Positions 24,301-39,300 of a DNA stretch of 64,000 nt are shown piece after piece. Position numbers and translations under genes: made by a program. How positions within the stretch are numbered: the first letter of the stretch is position 1; each line of letters starts with the position of its first letter. Source of the DNA: Octopus sinensis (taxonomy: Eukaryota); the NCBI RefSeq assembly GCF_006345805.1, contig NC_043025.1, positions 2,604,001 through 2,668,000 on the forward strand, written 5' to 3'. The notes under the pieces were generated by a model, which saw only the letters and a list, made by a program, of their open reading frames with translations, searched no databases and was not told where the DNA came from.

Positions 24301-27300
24301 GGCACTCCGCAATACACAGAACGCTGCTGCTATGCCAAAGCAAGAGCCTCCGAGACTGCTGAACAATGGGCACTCCGCAATACACAGAACGCTGCTGCTA
24401 CTGCCAAGCAAGAGCCTCCGAGACTGCTGAACAACGGGCACTCCGCAATACACAGAACGCTGCTGCTACTGCCAAAGCAAGAGCCTCCGAGACTGCTGAA
24501 CAACGGGCACTCCGCAATACACAGAACGCTGCTGCTACTGCCAAAGCAAGAGCCTCCGAGACTGCTGAACAACGGGCACTCCGCAATACACAGAACGCTG
24601 CTGCTACTGCCAATGCGAGAGCCTCCGAGACTGCTGAACAACGGGCACTCCGCAATACACAGAACGCTGCTGCTACTGCCAAAGCAAGAGCCTCCGAGAC
24701 TGCTGAACAACGGGCACTCCGCAATACACAGAACGCTGCTGCTACTGCCAAAGCAAGAGCCTCCGAGACTGCTGAACAACGGGCACTCCGCAATACACAG
24801 AACGCTGCTGCTACTGCCAAAGCAAGAGCCTCCGAGACTGCTGAACAATGGGCACTCCGCAAACACACAGAACGCTGCTGCTACTGCCAAAGCAAGAGCC
24901 TCCGAGACTGCTGAACAATGGGCACTCGCAATACACAGAACGCTGCTGCTACTGCCAAAGCAAGAGCCTCCGAGACTGCTGAACAACGGGCACTCCGCAA
25001 TACACAGAACGCTGCTGCTACTGCCAAAGCAAGAGCCTCCGAGACTGCTGAACAATGGGCACTCCGCAATACACAGAACGCTGATGCTACTGCCAAAGAG
25101 AGCCTCCGAGACTGCTGAACAACGGGCACTCCGCAATACACAGAACGCTGCTGCTACTGCCAAAGCAAGAGCCTCCGAGACTGCTGAACAATGGGCACTC
25201 CGCAATACACAGAACGCTGTGCTACTGCCAAAGCAAGAGCCTCCGAGACTGCTGAACAACGGGCACTCCGCAATACACAGAACGCTGCTGCTACTGCCAA
25301 AGCAAGAGCCTCCGAGACTGCTGAACAAGGGCACTCCGCAATACACAGAACGCTGCTGCTACTGCCAATGCGAGAGCCTCCGAGACTGCTGAACAATGGC
25401 ACTCCGCAATACACAGAACGCTGCTGCTACTGCCAAGCAAGAGCCTCCGAGAATGCTGAACAAGGCACTCCGCAATACACAGAACGCTGCTGCTACTGCC
25501 AAAGCAAGAGCCTCCGAGACTGCTGAACAATGGGCACTCCGCAATACACAGAACGCTGCTGCTACTGCCAATGCGAGAGCCTCCGAGACTGCTGAACAAT
25601 GGGCACTCCGCAATACACAGAACGCTGCTGCTACTGCCAAAGCAAGAGCCTCCGAGACTGCTGAACAATGGGCACTCCGCAATACACAGAACGCTGCTGC
25701 TACTGCCAAAGCAAGAGCCTCCGAGACTGCTGAACAACGGGCACTCCGCAATACACAGAACGCTGCTGCTACTGCCAATGCGAGAGCCTCCGAGACTGCT
25801 GAACAACGGGCACTCCGCAATACACAGAACGCTGCTGCTACTGCCAAAGCAAGAGCCTCCGAGACTGCTGAACAACGGGCACTCCGCAATACACAGAACG
25901 CTGCTGCTACTGCCAAAGCTAGAGCCTCCGAGACTGCTGAACAATGGTCACTCTGCAATACACAGAACGCTGCTGCTACTGCCAATGCTAGAGCCTCCGA
26001 GACTGTTGAACAATGGTCACTCTGCAATACACAGAACGCTGCTGCTACTGCCAATGCGACAGCCTCCGAGACTGCTGAACAATGGTCACTCCGCAATACA
26101 CAGAACGCTGCTGCTACTGCCAAAGCAAGAGCCTCCGAGACTGCTGAACAATGGGCACTCCGCAATACACAAAACGCTGCTGCTACTGCCAATGCGAGAG
26201 CCTCCGAGACTGCTGAACAACGGGCACTCCGCAATACACAGAACGCTGCTGCTACTGCCAAAGCAAGAGCCTCCGAGACTGCTGAACAACGGGCACTCCG
26301 CAATACACAGAACGCTGCTGCTACTGCCAAAGCAAGAGCCTCCGAGACTGCTGAACAACGGGCACTCCGCAATACACAGAACGCTGCTGCTACTGCCAAA
26401 GCAAGAGCCTCCGAGACTGCTGAACAATGGGCACTCCGCAATACACAGAACGCTGATGCTACTGCCAATGCGAGAGCCTCCGAGACTGCTGAACAACGGG
26501 CACTCCGCAATACACAGAACGCTGCTGCTACTGCCAATGCGAGAGCCTCCGAGACTGCTGAACAATGGGCACTCCGCAATACACAGAACGCTGATGCTAC
26601 TGCCAAAGCAGAGCGTCCGAGACTGTAACAACGGGAACTCCGCAATACACAGAACGCTGCTGCTACTACCCATAGCAAGAGCCTCCGAGACTGCTGAACA
26701 ACGGGCACCGCAATACACAGAACGCTGCTGCTACTGCCATAGCAAGAGCCTCCGAGACTGCTGAACAACGGGCACTCCGCAATACAGAACGCTGCTGCTA
26801 CTGCCAAAGCAAGAGCCTCCGAGACTGCTGAACAATGGGCACTCCGCAATACACAGAACGCTGCTGCTACTGCCAAAGCAAGAGCCTCCGAGACTGCTGA
26901 ACAATGGTCACTCCGCAATACACAGAACGCTGCTGCTACTGCCAAAGCAAGAGCCTCCGAGACTGCTGAACAATGGGCACTCCGCAATACACAGAACGCT
27001 GCTGCTACTGCCAAGCAAGAGCCTCCGAGACTGCTGAACAATGGGCACACGCAAGCAATACACAGAACGCTGCTGCTACTGCCAAAGCAAGAGCCTCCGA
27101 GACTGCTGAACAATGGGCACTCCGCAATACACAGAACGCTGCTGCTACTGCCAAAGCAAGAGCTCCGAGACTGCTGAACAATGGGCACTCCGCAATACAC
27201 AGAACGCTGCTGCTACTGCCAAAGCAAGAGCCTCCGAGACTGCTGAACAATGGGCACTCCGCAATACACAGAACTTGCTGCTACTGCCAAAGCAAGAGAG

Positions 27301-30300
27301 CTCCGAGACTGCTGAACAATGGTCACTCCGCAATACACAGAACGCTGCTGCTACTGCCAAAGCAAGAGCCTCCGAGACTGCTGAACAATGGGCACTCCGC
27401 AATACACAGAACGCTGCTGCTACTGCCAAAGCAAGAGCCTCCGAGACTGCTGAACAATGGTCACTCCGCAATACACAGAACGCTGCTGCTACTGCCAAAG
27501 CAAGAGCCTCCGAGACTGCTGAACAATGGGCACTCCGCAATACACAGAACGCTGCTGCTACTGCCAAAGCAAGAGCCTCCGAGACTGCTGAACAATGGTC
27601 ACTCCGCAATACACAGAACGCTGCTGCTACTGCCAATGCCAGAGCCTCCGAGACTGCTGAACAATGGGCACTCCGCAATACACAGAACGCTGCTTCTACT
27701 GCCAAAGCAAGAGCCTCCGAGACTGCTGAACAATGGGCACTCCGCAATACACAGAACGCTGATGCTACTGCCAAAGCAAGAGCCTCCGAGACTGCTGCTG
27801 AACAATGGGCACTCCGCAATACACAGAACGCTGCTGCTACTGCCAAGCAAGAGCTCCGAGACTGCTGAACAATGGTCACTCCGCAATACACAGAACGCTG
27901 CTGCTAATACAAAGCAGAGCGTCCGAGACTGCTGAACAACGGGCACTCCGCAATACACAGAACGCTGCTGCTACTGCCAAAGCAAGAGCCTCCGAGACTG
28001 CTGAACAACGGGAACTCCGCAATACACAGAACGCTGCTGCTACTGCCAAAGCAAGAGCCTCCGAGACTGCTGAACAACGGGAACTCCGCAATACACAGAA
28101 CGCTGCTGCTACTGCCAAAGCAAGAGCCTCCGAGACTGCTGAATAACGGGCACTCCGCAATACACAGAACGCTGCTGCTACTGCCAATGCGACAGCCTCC
28201 GAGACTGCTGGAACAACGGGAACTCCGCAATACACAGAACGCTGCTGCTACTCCAAAGCAAGAGCCTCCGAGACTGCTGAACAACGGGCACTCCGCAATA
28301 CACAGAACGCTGCTGCTACTGCCAAAGCAAGAGCTCCGAGACTGCTGAACAACGGGCACTCGGCAATACACAGAACGCTGCTGCTACTGCCAAAGCAAGA
28401 GGCCTCCGAGACTGCTGAACAATGGGCACTCCGCAATACACAGAACGCTGCTGCTACTGCCAAAGCAAGAGCCTCCGAGACTGCTGAACAATGGGCACTC
28501 TGCAATACACAGAACGCTGCTGCTACTGCCAAAGCAAGAGGCTCCGAGACTGCTGAACAATGGCACTCCGCAATACACAGAACGCTGCTGCTACTGCCAA
28601 GCAAGAGCCTCCGAGACTGCTGAACAATGGGCACTCTGCAATACACAGAACGCTGCTGCTACTGCCAAAGCAAGAGCCTCCGGACTGCTGAACAATGGGC
28701 ACTCCGCAATACACAGAACGCTGCTGCTACTGCCAAAGCAAGAGCCTCCGAGACTGCTGAACAATGGGCACTCCGCAATACACAGAACGCTTTGCTACTG
28801 CCAAAGCAAGAGCCTCCGAGACTGCTGAACAATGGGCACTCTGCAATACACAGAACGCTGCTGCTACTGCCAAAGCAAGAGCCTCCGAGACTGCTGAACA
28901 ACGGGCACTCCGCAATACACAGAACGCTGCTGCTACTGCCAAAGCAAGAGCCTCCGAGACTGCTGAACAATGGGCACTCCGCAATACACAGAACGCTGCT
29001 GCTACTGCCAAAGCAAGAGCCTCCGAGAGTGAACTGAAACGGGCACTCCGCAATACACAGAACGCTGCTGCTACTACCATAGCAAGAGCCTCCGAGACTG
29101 CTGAACAACGGGCACTCCGCAATACACAGAACGCTGCTGCTACTGCCAAAGCAAGAGCCTCCGAGACTGCTGAACAATGGGCACTCCGTATTACACAGAA
29201 CGCTGATGCTACTGCCAAAGCAAGAGCCTCCGAGACTGCTGAACAATGGGCACTCCGCAATACACAGAACGCTGCTGCTACTGCCAAAGCAAGAGCCTCC
29301 GAGACTGCTGAACAATGGGCACTCCGCAATACACAGAACGCTGCTGCTACTACCATAGCAAGAGCCTCCGAGACTGCTGAACAACGGGCACTCCGCAATA
29401 CACAGAACGCTGCTGCTACTGCCAAAGCAAGAGCCTCCGAGACTGCTGAACAATGGGCACTCCGTATTACACAGAACGCTGATGCTACTGCCAAAGCAAG
29501 GGCCTCCGAGACTGCTGAACAACGGGCAATCCGCAATACACAGAACGCTGCTGCTACTGCCAAAGCAAGAGCCTCCGAGACTGCTGAACAATGGGCACTC
29601 CGTATTACACAGAACGCTGATGCTACTGCCAAAGCAAGAGCCTCCGAGACTGCTGAACAACGGGCACTCCGCAATACACAGAACGCTGCTGCTACTGCCA
29701 AAGCAAGAGCCTCCGAGACTGCTGAACAATGGGCACTCCGCAATACACAGAACGCTGCTGCTACTGCCAATGCGACAGCCTCCGAGACTGCTGAACAATG
29801 GTCACTCCGCAATACACAGAACGCTGCTGCTACTGCCAAAGCAAGAGCCTACGAGAATGCTGAACAATGGGCACTCCGCAATACACAGAACGCTGCTGCT
29901 ACTGCCAAAGCAAGAGCCTCCGAGACTGCTGAACAATGGGCACTCCGCAATACACAGAACGCTGCTGCTACTGCCAATGCGACAGCCTCCGAGACTGTTG
30001 AACAATGGTCACTCCGCAATACACAGAACGCTGCTGCTACTGCCAAAGCAAGAGCCTACGAGAATGCTGAACAATGGGCACTCCGCAATACACAGAACGC
30101 TGCTGCTACTGCCAAAGCAAGAGCCTCCGAGACTGCTGAACAATGGGCACTCCGCAATACACAAAACGCTGCTGCTACTGCCAATGCGACAGCCTCCGAG
30201 AATGCTGAATAACGGGAACTCCGCAATACACAGAACGCTGCTGCTACTACCATAGCAAGAGCCTCCGAGACTGCTGAACAACGGGCACTCCGCAATACAC

Positions 30301-33300
30301 AGAACGCTGCTGCTACTGCCAAAGCAAGAGCCTCCGAGACTGCTGAACAATGGGCACTCCGCAATACACAGAACGCTGCTGCTACTGCCAATGCGACAGC
30401 CTCCGAGACTGTTGAACAATGGTCACTCCGCAATACACAGAACGCTGCTGCTACTGCCAAAGCAAGAGCCTCCGAGAATGCTGAACAATGGGCACTCCGC
30501 AATACACAGAACGCTGCTGCTACTGCCAAAGCAAGAGCCTCCGAGACTGCTGAACAATGGGCACTCCGCAATACACAAAACGCTGCTGCTACTGCCAATG
30601 CGACAGCCTCCGAGAATGCTGAATAACGGGAACTCCGCAATACACAGAACGCTGCTGCTACTACCATAGCAAGAGCCTCCGAGACTGCTGAACAACGGGC
30701 ACTCCGCAATACACAGAACGCTGCTGCTACTGCCAAAGCAAGAGCCTCCGAGACTGCTGAACAACGGGCACTCCGCAATACACAGAACGCTGCTGCTACT
30801 GCCAAAGCAAGAGCCTCCGAGACTGCTGAACAATGGGCCCTCCGTATTACACAAAACGCTGATGCTACTGCCAATGCTAGAGCCTCCGAGACTGCTGAAC
30901 AACGGGCACTCCGCAATACACAGAACGCTGCTGCCACTGCCAATGCGAGAGCCTCCGAGACTGCTGAACAATCGGCACTCCGTATTACACAGAACGCTGA
31001 TGCTAATACCAAAGCAGAGCGTCCGAGACTGTAACAACGGGAACTCCGCAATACACAGAACGCTGCTGCTACTACCATAGCAAGAGCCTCCGAGACTGCT
31101 GAACAACGGGCACTCCGCAATACACAGAACGCTGCTGCTACTACCATAGCAAGAGCCTCCGAGACTGCTGAACAACGGGCACTCCGCAATATCAGAACGC
31201 TGCTGCTACTGCCAAAGCAAGAGCCTCCGAGACTGCTGAACAATGGGCACTCCGCAATACACAGAACGCTGCTGCTACTGCCAAAGCAAGAGCCTCCGAG
31301 ACTGCTGAACAATGGTCACTCCGCAATACACAGAACGCTGCTGCTACTGCCAAAGCAAGAGCCTCCGAGACTGCTGAACAATGGGCACTCCGCAATACAC
31401 AGAACGCTGCTGCTACTCCCAAAGCAAGAGCATCCGAGACTGCTGAACAATGGGCACACCGCAATACACAGAACGCTGCTGCTACTGCCAAAGCAAGAGC
31501 CTCCGAGACTGCTGAACAATGGGCACTCCGCAATACACAGAACGCTGCTGCTACTGCCAAAGCAAGAGCCTCCGAGACTGCTGAACAATGGGCACTCCGC
31601 AATACACAGAACGCTGCTGCTACTGCCAAAGCAAGAGCCTCCGAGACTGCTGAACAATGGGCACTCCGTATTACACAGAACTTTGCTGCTACTGCCAAAG
31701 CAAGAGCCTCCGAGACTGCTGAACAATGGTCACTCCGCAATACACAGAACGCTGCTGCTACTGCCAAAGCAAGAGCCTCCGAGACTGCTGAACAATGGGC
31801 ACTCCGCAATACACAGAACGCTGCTGCTACTGCCAAAGCAAGAGCCTCCGAGACTGCTGAACAATGGTCACTCCGCAATACACAGAACGCTGCTGCTACT
31901 GCCAAAGCAAGAGCCTCCGAGACTGCTGAACAATGGGCAGTCCGCAATACACAGAACGCTGCTGCTACTGCCAAAGCAAGAGCCTCCGAGACTGCTGAAC
32001 AATTGTCACTCCGCAATACACAGAACGCTGCTGCTACTGCCAATGCCAGAGCCTCCGAGACTGCTGAACAATGGGCACTCCGCAATACACAGAACGCTGC
32101 TTCTACTGCCAAAGCAAGAGCCTCCGAGACTGCTGAACAATGGGCACTCCGCAATACACAGAACGCTGATGCTACTGCCAAAGCAAGAGCCTCAGAGACT
32201 GCTGAACAATGGGCACTCCGCAATACACAGAACGCTGCTGCTACTGCCAAAGCAAGAGCCTCCGAGACTGCTGAACAATGGTCACTCCGCAATACACAGA
32301 ACGCTGCTGCTAATACCAAAGCAGAGCGTCCGAGACTGCTGAACAACGGGAACTCCGCAATACACAGAACGCTGCTGCTACTTCCAAAGCAAGAGCCTCC
32401 GAGACTGCTGAACAACGGGAACTCCGCAATACACAGAACGCTGCTGCTACTGCCAAAGCAAGAGCCTCCGAGACTGCTGAACAACGGGAACTCCGCAATA
32501 CACAGAACGCTGCTGCCACTGCCAAAGCAAGAGCCTCCGAGACTGCTGAATAACGGGCACTCCGCAATACACAGAAAGCTGCTGCTACTGCCAATGCGAC
32601 AGCCTCCGAGACTGCTGAACAACGGGAACTCCGCAATACACAGAACGCTGCTGCTACTTCCAAAGCAAGAGCCTCCGAGACTGCTGAACAACGGGAACTC
32701 CGCAATACACAGAACGCTGCTGCTACTGCCAAAGCAAGAGGCTCCGAGACTGCTGAACAACGGGCACTCGGCAATACACAGAACGCTGCTGCTACTGCCA
32801 AAGCAAGAGGCTCCGTGACTGCTGAACAATGGGCACTCCGCAATACACAGAACGCTGCTGCTACTGCCAAAGCAAGAGGCTCCGTGACTGCTGAACAATG
32901 GGCACTCTGCAATACACAGAACGCTGCTGCTACTGCCAAAGCAAGAGGCTCCGTGACTGCTGAACAATGGGCACTCTGCAATACACAGAACGCTGCTGCT
33001 ACTGCCAAAGCAAGAGCCTCCGAGACTGCTGAACAATGGGCACTCTGCAATACACAGAACGCTGCTGCTACTGCCAAAGCAAGAGGCTCCGTGACTGCTG
33101 AACAATGGGCACTCTGCAATACACAGAACGCTGCTGCTACTGCCAAAGCAAGAGCCTCCGAGACTGCTGAACAATGGGCACTCTGCAATACACAGAACGC
33201 TTCTGCTACTGCCAAAGCAAGAGGCTCCGTGACTGCTGAACAATGGGCACTCTGCAATACACAGAACGCTGCTGCTACTGCCAAAGCAAGAGCCTCCGAG

Positions 33301-36300
33301 ACTGCTGAACAACGGGCACTCTGCAATACACAGAACGCTGCTGCTACTGCCAAAGCAAGAGCCTCCGAGACTGCTGAACAATGGGCACTCTGCAATACAC
33401 AGAACGCTGCTGCTACTGCCAAAGCAAGAGCCTACGAGAGTGCTGAACAGTGGGCACTCCGCAATACACAGAACGCTGCTGCTACTGCCAAAGCAAGAGG
33501 CTCCGAGACTGCTGAACAACGGGCACTCCGCAATACACAGATCTTCGCTGCTACTGCCAAAGCAAGAGCATCCGAGACTGCTGAACATTGGGCACTTTCC
33601 AATACACAGAACGCTGCTGCTACTGACAAAGCAAGCGCCTCCGAGACTGCTGAAAAATGGGCACCCCGCAATACACAGAACGCTGCTGCTACTGTCAAAG
33701 CAAGAGCCTCCGAGACTGCTGAACAATAGGCACCCCGCAATACACAGAACGCTGCTGCTACTGCGAAAGCAAGAGACTCTGAGACTGCTGAACAATGGGC
33801 ACCCCGCAATACACAGAACGCTGCTGCTACTGCGAAAGCAAGAGCCTCCGAGACTGCTGAACAATGGGCACTCCGTATTACACAGAACGCTGATGCTACT
33901 GCCAATGCGAGAGCCTCCGAGACTGCTGAACAATGGGCACTCCGCAATACACAGAACGCTGCTGCTACTACCAATGCGAGAGACTCCGAGACTGCTGAAT
34001 AACGGGCACTCCGCAATACACAGAACGCTGCTGCTACTGCCAAAGTAAGTGCCTCCGAGACTGCTGAACAACGGGCACTCCGCAATACACACAACGCTGC
34101 TGCTACTGCCAAAGCAAGAGCCTCCGAGACTGCTGAACAACGGGCACTCCGCAACACACACAACGCTGCTGCTACTGCCAAAGCAAGAGCCTCCGAGACT
34201 GCTGAACAACGGGCACTCCGCAATACACAGAACGCTGCTGCTACTGCCAAAGCAAGAGCGTCCGAGACTGCTGAACAACGGGCTCTACGCAATACACAGA
34301 TTGCTGCAGCTACTGCCAAAGCAAGAGCGTCCGAGACTGCTGAACAACGGGCTCTACGCAATACACAGAATGCTGCAGCTACTGCGAAAGCAAGAGCGTC
34401 CGAGTCTGCTGAACAACGAGCACTCCGCAATACGCAGGACGCTGCTGCTACTGCGAAAGCAAGAGCCTCCAAGACTGCTGAACAACGGGCACTCCGCAAT
34501 ACACACAACGCTGCTGCTACTGCCAATGCGAGAGTCTCCGAGACTGCTGAACAACGGGCACTCCGCAATAACAGAACGCTGCTGCTACTACCAATGCGAG
34601 AGCCTCCGAGACTGCTGAACAACGGGAACTCCGCAATACACAAAACGCTGCTGCTACTACCAATGCGAGAGCCTCCGAGACTGCTGAACAACGGGCACTC
34701 CGCAATACACAAAACGCTGCTGCTACTCCCAATGCGAGAGCCTCCGAGACTGCTGAACAACGGGCACTCCGCAATACACAAAACGCTGCTGCTACTACCA
34801 ATGCGAGAGCCTCCGAGACTGCTGAACAATGGGCACTCCGTATTACACAGAACGCTGATGCTACTGCCAAAGCAAGAGCCTCCGAGACTGCTGAACAATG
34901 GGCACTCCGCAATACACAGAACGCTGCTGCTACTGCCAAAGCAAGAGCCTCCGAGACTGCTGAACAATGGGCACTCCGTATTACACAGAACGCTGATGCT
35001 ACTGCCAAAGCAAGAGCCTCCGAGACTGCTGAACAACGGGCACTCCGCAATACACAGAACGCTGCTGCTACTGCCAAAGCAAGAGCCTTCGAGACTGCTG
35101 AACAATGGGCACTCCGTATTACACAGAACGCTGATGCTACTGCCAAAGCAAGAGCCTCCGAGACTGCTGAACAACGGGAACTCCGCAATACACAGAACGC
35201 TGCTGCTACTGCCAAAGCAAGAGCCTCCGAGACTGCTGAACAAAGGGCACTCCGCAATACACAGAACGCTGCTGCTACTGCCAATGCGACAGCCTCCGAG
35301 ACTGTTGAACAATGGTCACTCCGCAATACACAGAACGCTGCTGCTACTGCCAAAGCAAGAGCCTCCGAGAATGCTGAACAACGGGCACTCCGCAATACAC
35401 AGAACGCTGCTGCTACTGCCAAAGCAAGAGCCTCCGAGACTGCTGAACAATGGGCACTCCGCAATACACAGAACGCTGCTGCTACTGCCAATGCGACAGC
35501 CTCCGAGACTGTTGAACAATGGTCACTCCGCAATACACAGAACGCTGCTGCTACTGCCAAAGCAAGAGCCTACGAGAATGCTGAACAATGGGCACTCCGC
35601 AATACACAGAACGCTGCTGCTACTGCCAAAGCAAGAGCCTCCGAGACTGCTGAACAATGGGCACTCCGCAATACACAAACGCTGCTGCTACTGCCAATGC
35701 GACAGCCTCCGAGAATGCTGAATAACGGGAACTCAGCAATACACAGAACGCCGCTGCTACTACCATAGCAAGAGCCTCCGAGACTGCTGAACAACGGGCA
35801 CTCCGCAATACACAGAACGCTGCTGCTACTGCCAAAGCAAGAGCCTCCGAGACTGCTGAACAATGGGCACTCCGCAATACACAGAACGCTGCTGCTACTG
35901 CCAATGCGACAGCCTCCGAGACTGTTGAACAATGGTCACTCCGCAATACACAGAACGCTGCTGCTACTGCCAAAGCAAGAGCCTCCGAGAATGCTGAACA
36001 ATGGGCACTCCGCAATACACAGAACGCTGCTGCTACTGCCAAAGCAAGAGCCTCCGAGACTGCTGAACAATGGGCACTCCGCAATACACAAAACGCTGCT
36101 GCTACTGCCAATGCGACAGCCTCCGAGAATGCTGAATAACGGGAACTCCGCAATACACAGAACGCTGCTGCTACTACCATAGCAAGAGCCTCCGAGACTG
36201 CTGAACAACGGGCACTCCGCAATACACAGAACGCTGCTGCTACTGCCAAAGCAAGAGCCTCCGAGACTGCTGAACAACGGGCACTCCGCAATACACAGAA

Positions 36301-39300
36301 CGCTGCTGCTACTGCCAAAGCAAGAGCCTCCGAGACTGCTGAACAATGGGCACTCCGTATTACACAAAACGCTGATGCTACTGCCAATGCTAGAGCCTCC
36401 GAGACTGCTGAACAACGGGCACTCCGCAATACACAGAACGCTGCTGCTACTGCCAATGCGAGAGCCTCCGAGACTGCTGAACAATCGGCACTCCGTATTA
36501 CACAGAACGCTGATGCTAATACCAAAGCAGAGCGTCCGAGACTGTAACAACGGGAACTCCGCAATACACAGAACGCTGCTGCTACTACCATAGCAAGAGC
36601 CTCCGAGACTGCTGAACAACGGGCACTCCGCAATACACAGAACGCTGCTGCTACTACCATAGCAAGAGCCTCCGAGACTGCTGAACAACGGGCACTCCGC
36701 AATACCAGAACGCTGCTGCTACTGCCAAAGCAAGAGCCTCCGAGACTCCTGAACAATGGGCACTCCGCAATACACAGAACGCTGCTGCTACTGCCAAAGC
36801 AAGAGCCTCCGAGACTGCTGAACAATGGTCACTCCGCAATACACAGAACGCTGCTGCTACTGCCAAAGCAAGAGCCTCCGAGACTGCTGAACAATGGGCA
36901 CTCCGCAATACACAGAACGCTGCTGCTACTGCCAAAGCAAGAGCCTCCGAGACTGCTGAACAATGGGCAGTCCGCAATACACAGAACGCTGCTGCTACTG
37001 CCAAAGCAAGAGCCTCCGAGACTGCTGAACAATGGTCACTCCGCAATACACAGAACGCTGCTGCTACTGCCAATGCCAGAGCCTCCGAGACTGCTGAACA
37101 ATGGGCACTCCGCAATACACAGAACGCTGCTGCTACTGCCAAAGCAAGAGCCTCCGAGACTGCTGAACAATGGGCACTCCGCAATACACAGAACGCTGCT
37201 GCTACTGCCAAGCAAGAGCCTCCGAGACTGCTGAACAATGGGCAAGAGCCTAACAAGCTGCTTCAAAGCAGCTCCGAGACTGCTGAACAATGGGCACTCC
37301 GCATACACAGAACGCTGCTGCTACTGCCAAAGCAAGAGCCTCCGAGACTGCTGAACAATGGGCACTCCGCAATACACAGAACGTGCTGCTACTGCCAAAG
37401 CAAGAGCCTCCGAGACTGCTGAACAATGGGCACTCCGCAATACACAGAACGCTGCTGCTACTGCCAAAGCAAGAGCCTCCGAGACTGCTGAACAATGGGC
37501 ACTCCGCAATACACAGAACGCTGCTGCTACTGCCAAAGCAAGACCTCCGAGACTGCTGAACAATGGGCACTCCGCAATACACAGAACGCTGCTGCTACTG
37601 CCAAAGCAAGAGCCTCCGAGACTGCTGAACAATGGGCACTCCGCAATACACAGAACGCTGCTGCTACTGCCAAAGCAAGAGCCTCCGAGACTGCTGAACA
37701 ATGGCACTCCGCAATACACAGAACGCTGATGCTACTGCCAAAGCAAGAGCCTCCGAGACTGCTGAACAATGGGCACTCCGCAATACACAGAACGCTGCTG
37801 CTACTGCCAAAGCAAGAGCCTCCGAGACTGCTGAACAATGGTCACTCCGCAATACACAGAACGCTGCTGCTACTGCCAAAGCAGAGCGTCCGAGACTGCT
37901 AACAACGGGCACTCCGCAATACACAGAACGCTGCTGCTACTGCCAAAGCAAGAGCCTCCGAGACTGCTGAACACGGGAACTCCGCAATACACAGAACGCT
38001 GCTGCTACTGCCAAAGCAAGAGCCTCCGAGACTGCTGAACAACGGGAACTCCGCAATACACAGAACGCTGCTGCATGCCAAAGCAAGAGCCTCCGAGACT
38101 GCTGAATAACGGGACTCCGCAATACACAGAAAGCTGCTGCTACTGCCAATGCGAAGAGCCTCCGAGACTGCTGAACAATGGGCACTCCGCAATACACAGA
38201 ACGCTGCTGCTACTGCCCAAAGCAAGAGCATCCGAGACTGCTGAACAACGGGCACTCCGCAATACACAGAACAACGCTGCTGCTACTGCCAAAGCAAGAG
38301 CCTCCGAGACTGCTGAACAACGGGCACTCCGCAATACACAGAACGCTGCTGCTACTGCCAATGCAAGAGCCTCCGAGACTGCTGAACAAGGGCACTCCGC
38401 AATACACAGAAACGCTGCTACTGCCAAAGCGAGAGCTCCTCGAGACTGCTGAACAACGGGCACTCCGCAATACACAGAACGCTGCTGCTACTGCCAATGC
38501 GAGAGCCTCCGAGACTGCTGAACAACGGGCACTCCGCAATACACAGAACGCTGCTGCTACTGCCAAAGCAAGAGCCTCCGAGACTGCTGAACAATGGGCA
38601 CTCCGCAATACACAGAACGCTGCTGCTACTGCCAATGCGAGAGCCTCCGAGACTGCTGAACAACGGGCACTCCGCAATACACAGAACGCTGCTGCTACTG
38701 CCAAAGCAAGAGCCTCCGAGACTGCTGAACAATGGGCACTCCGCAATACACAGAACGCTGCTGCTACTGCCAATGCGAGAGCCTCCGAGACTGCTGAACA
38801 ACGGGCACTCCGCAATACACACAGAACGCTGCTGCTACTGCCAAAGCAAGAGCCTCCGAGACTGCTGAACAACGGGCACTCCGCAATACACAGAACGCTG
38901 CTGCTACTGCCAATGCGAGAGCCTCCGAGACTGCTGACCAACCGCAACGGAACTGCTTACGCAACAAGCCTCCCGCTGCTGAACAAGGGTTCCGCAATAC
39001 ACAGAACGCTGCTGCTACTGCCAAAGCAAGAGCCTCCGAGACTGCTGAAAACAACGGGCACTCCGTACACAGAACGCTGATGCTACTGCCAAAGCAAGAG
39101 CCTCCGAGACTGCTGAACAATGGCACTCCGCAATACACAGAACGCTGCTGCTACTGCCAAAGCAAGAGCCTCCGAGACTGCTGAACAACGGGCACTCCGC
39201 AATACACAGAACGCTGCTGCTACTGCCAATGCGAGAGCCTCCGAGACTGCTGAACAACGGGCACTCCGCAATACACAGAACGCTGCTGCTACTGCCAAAG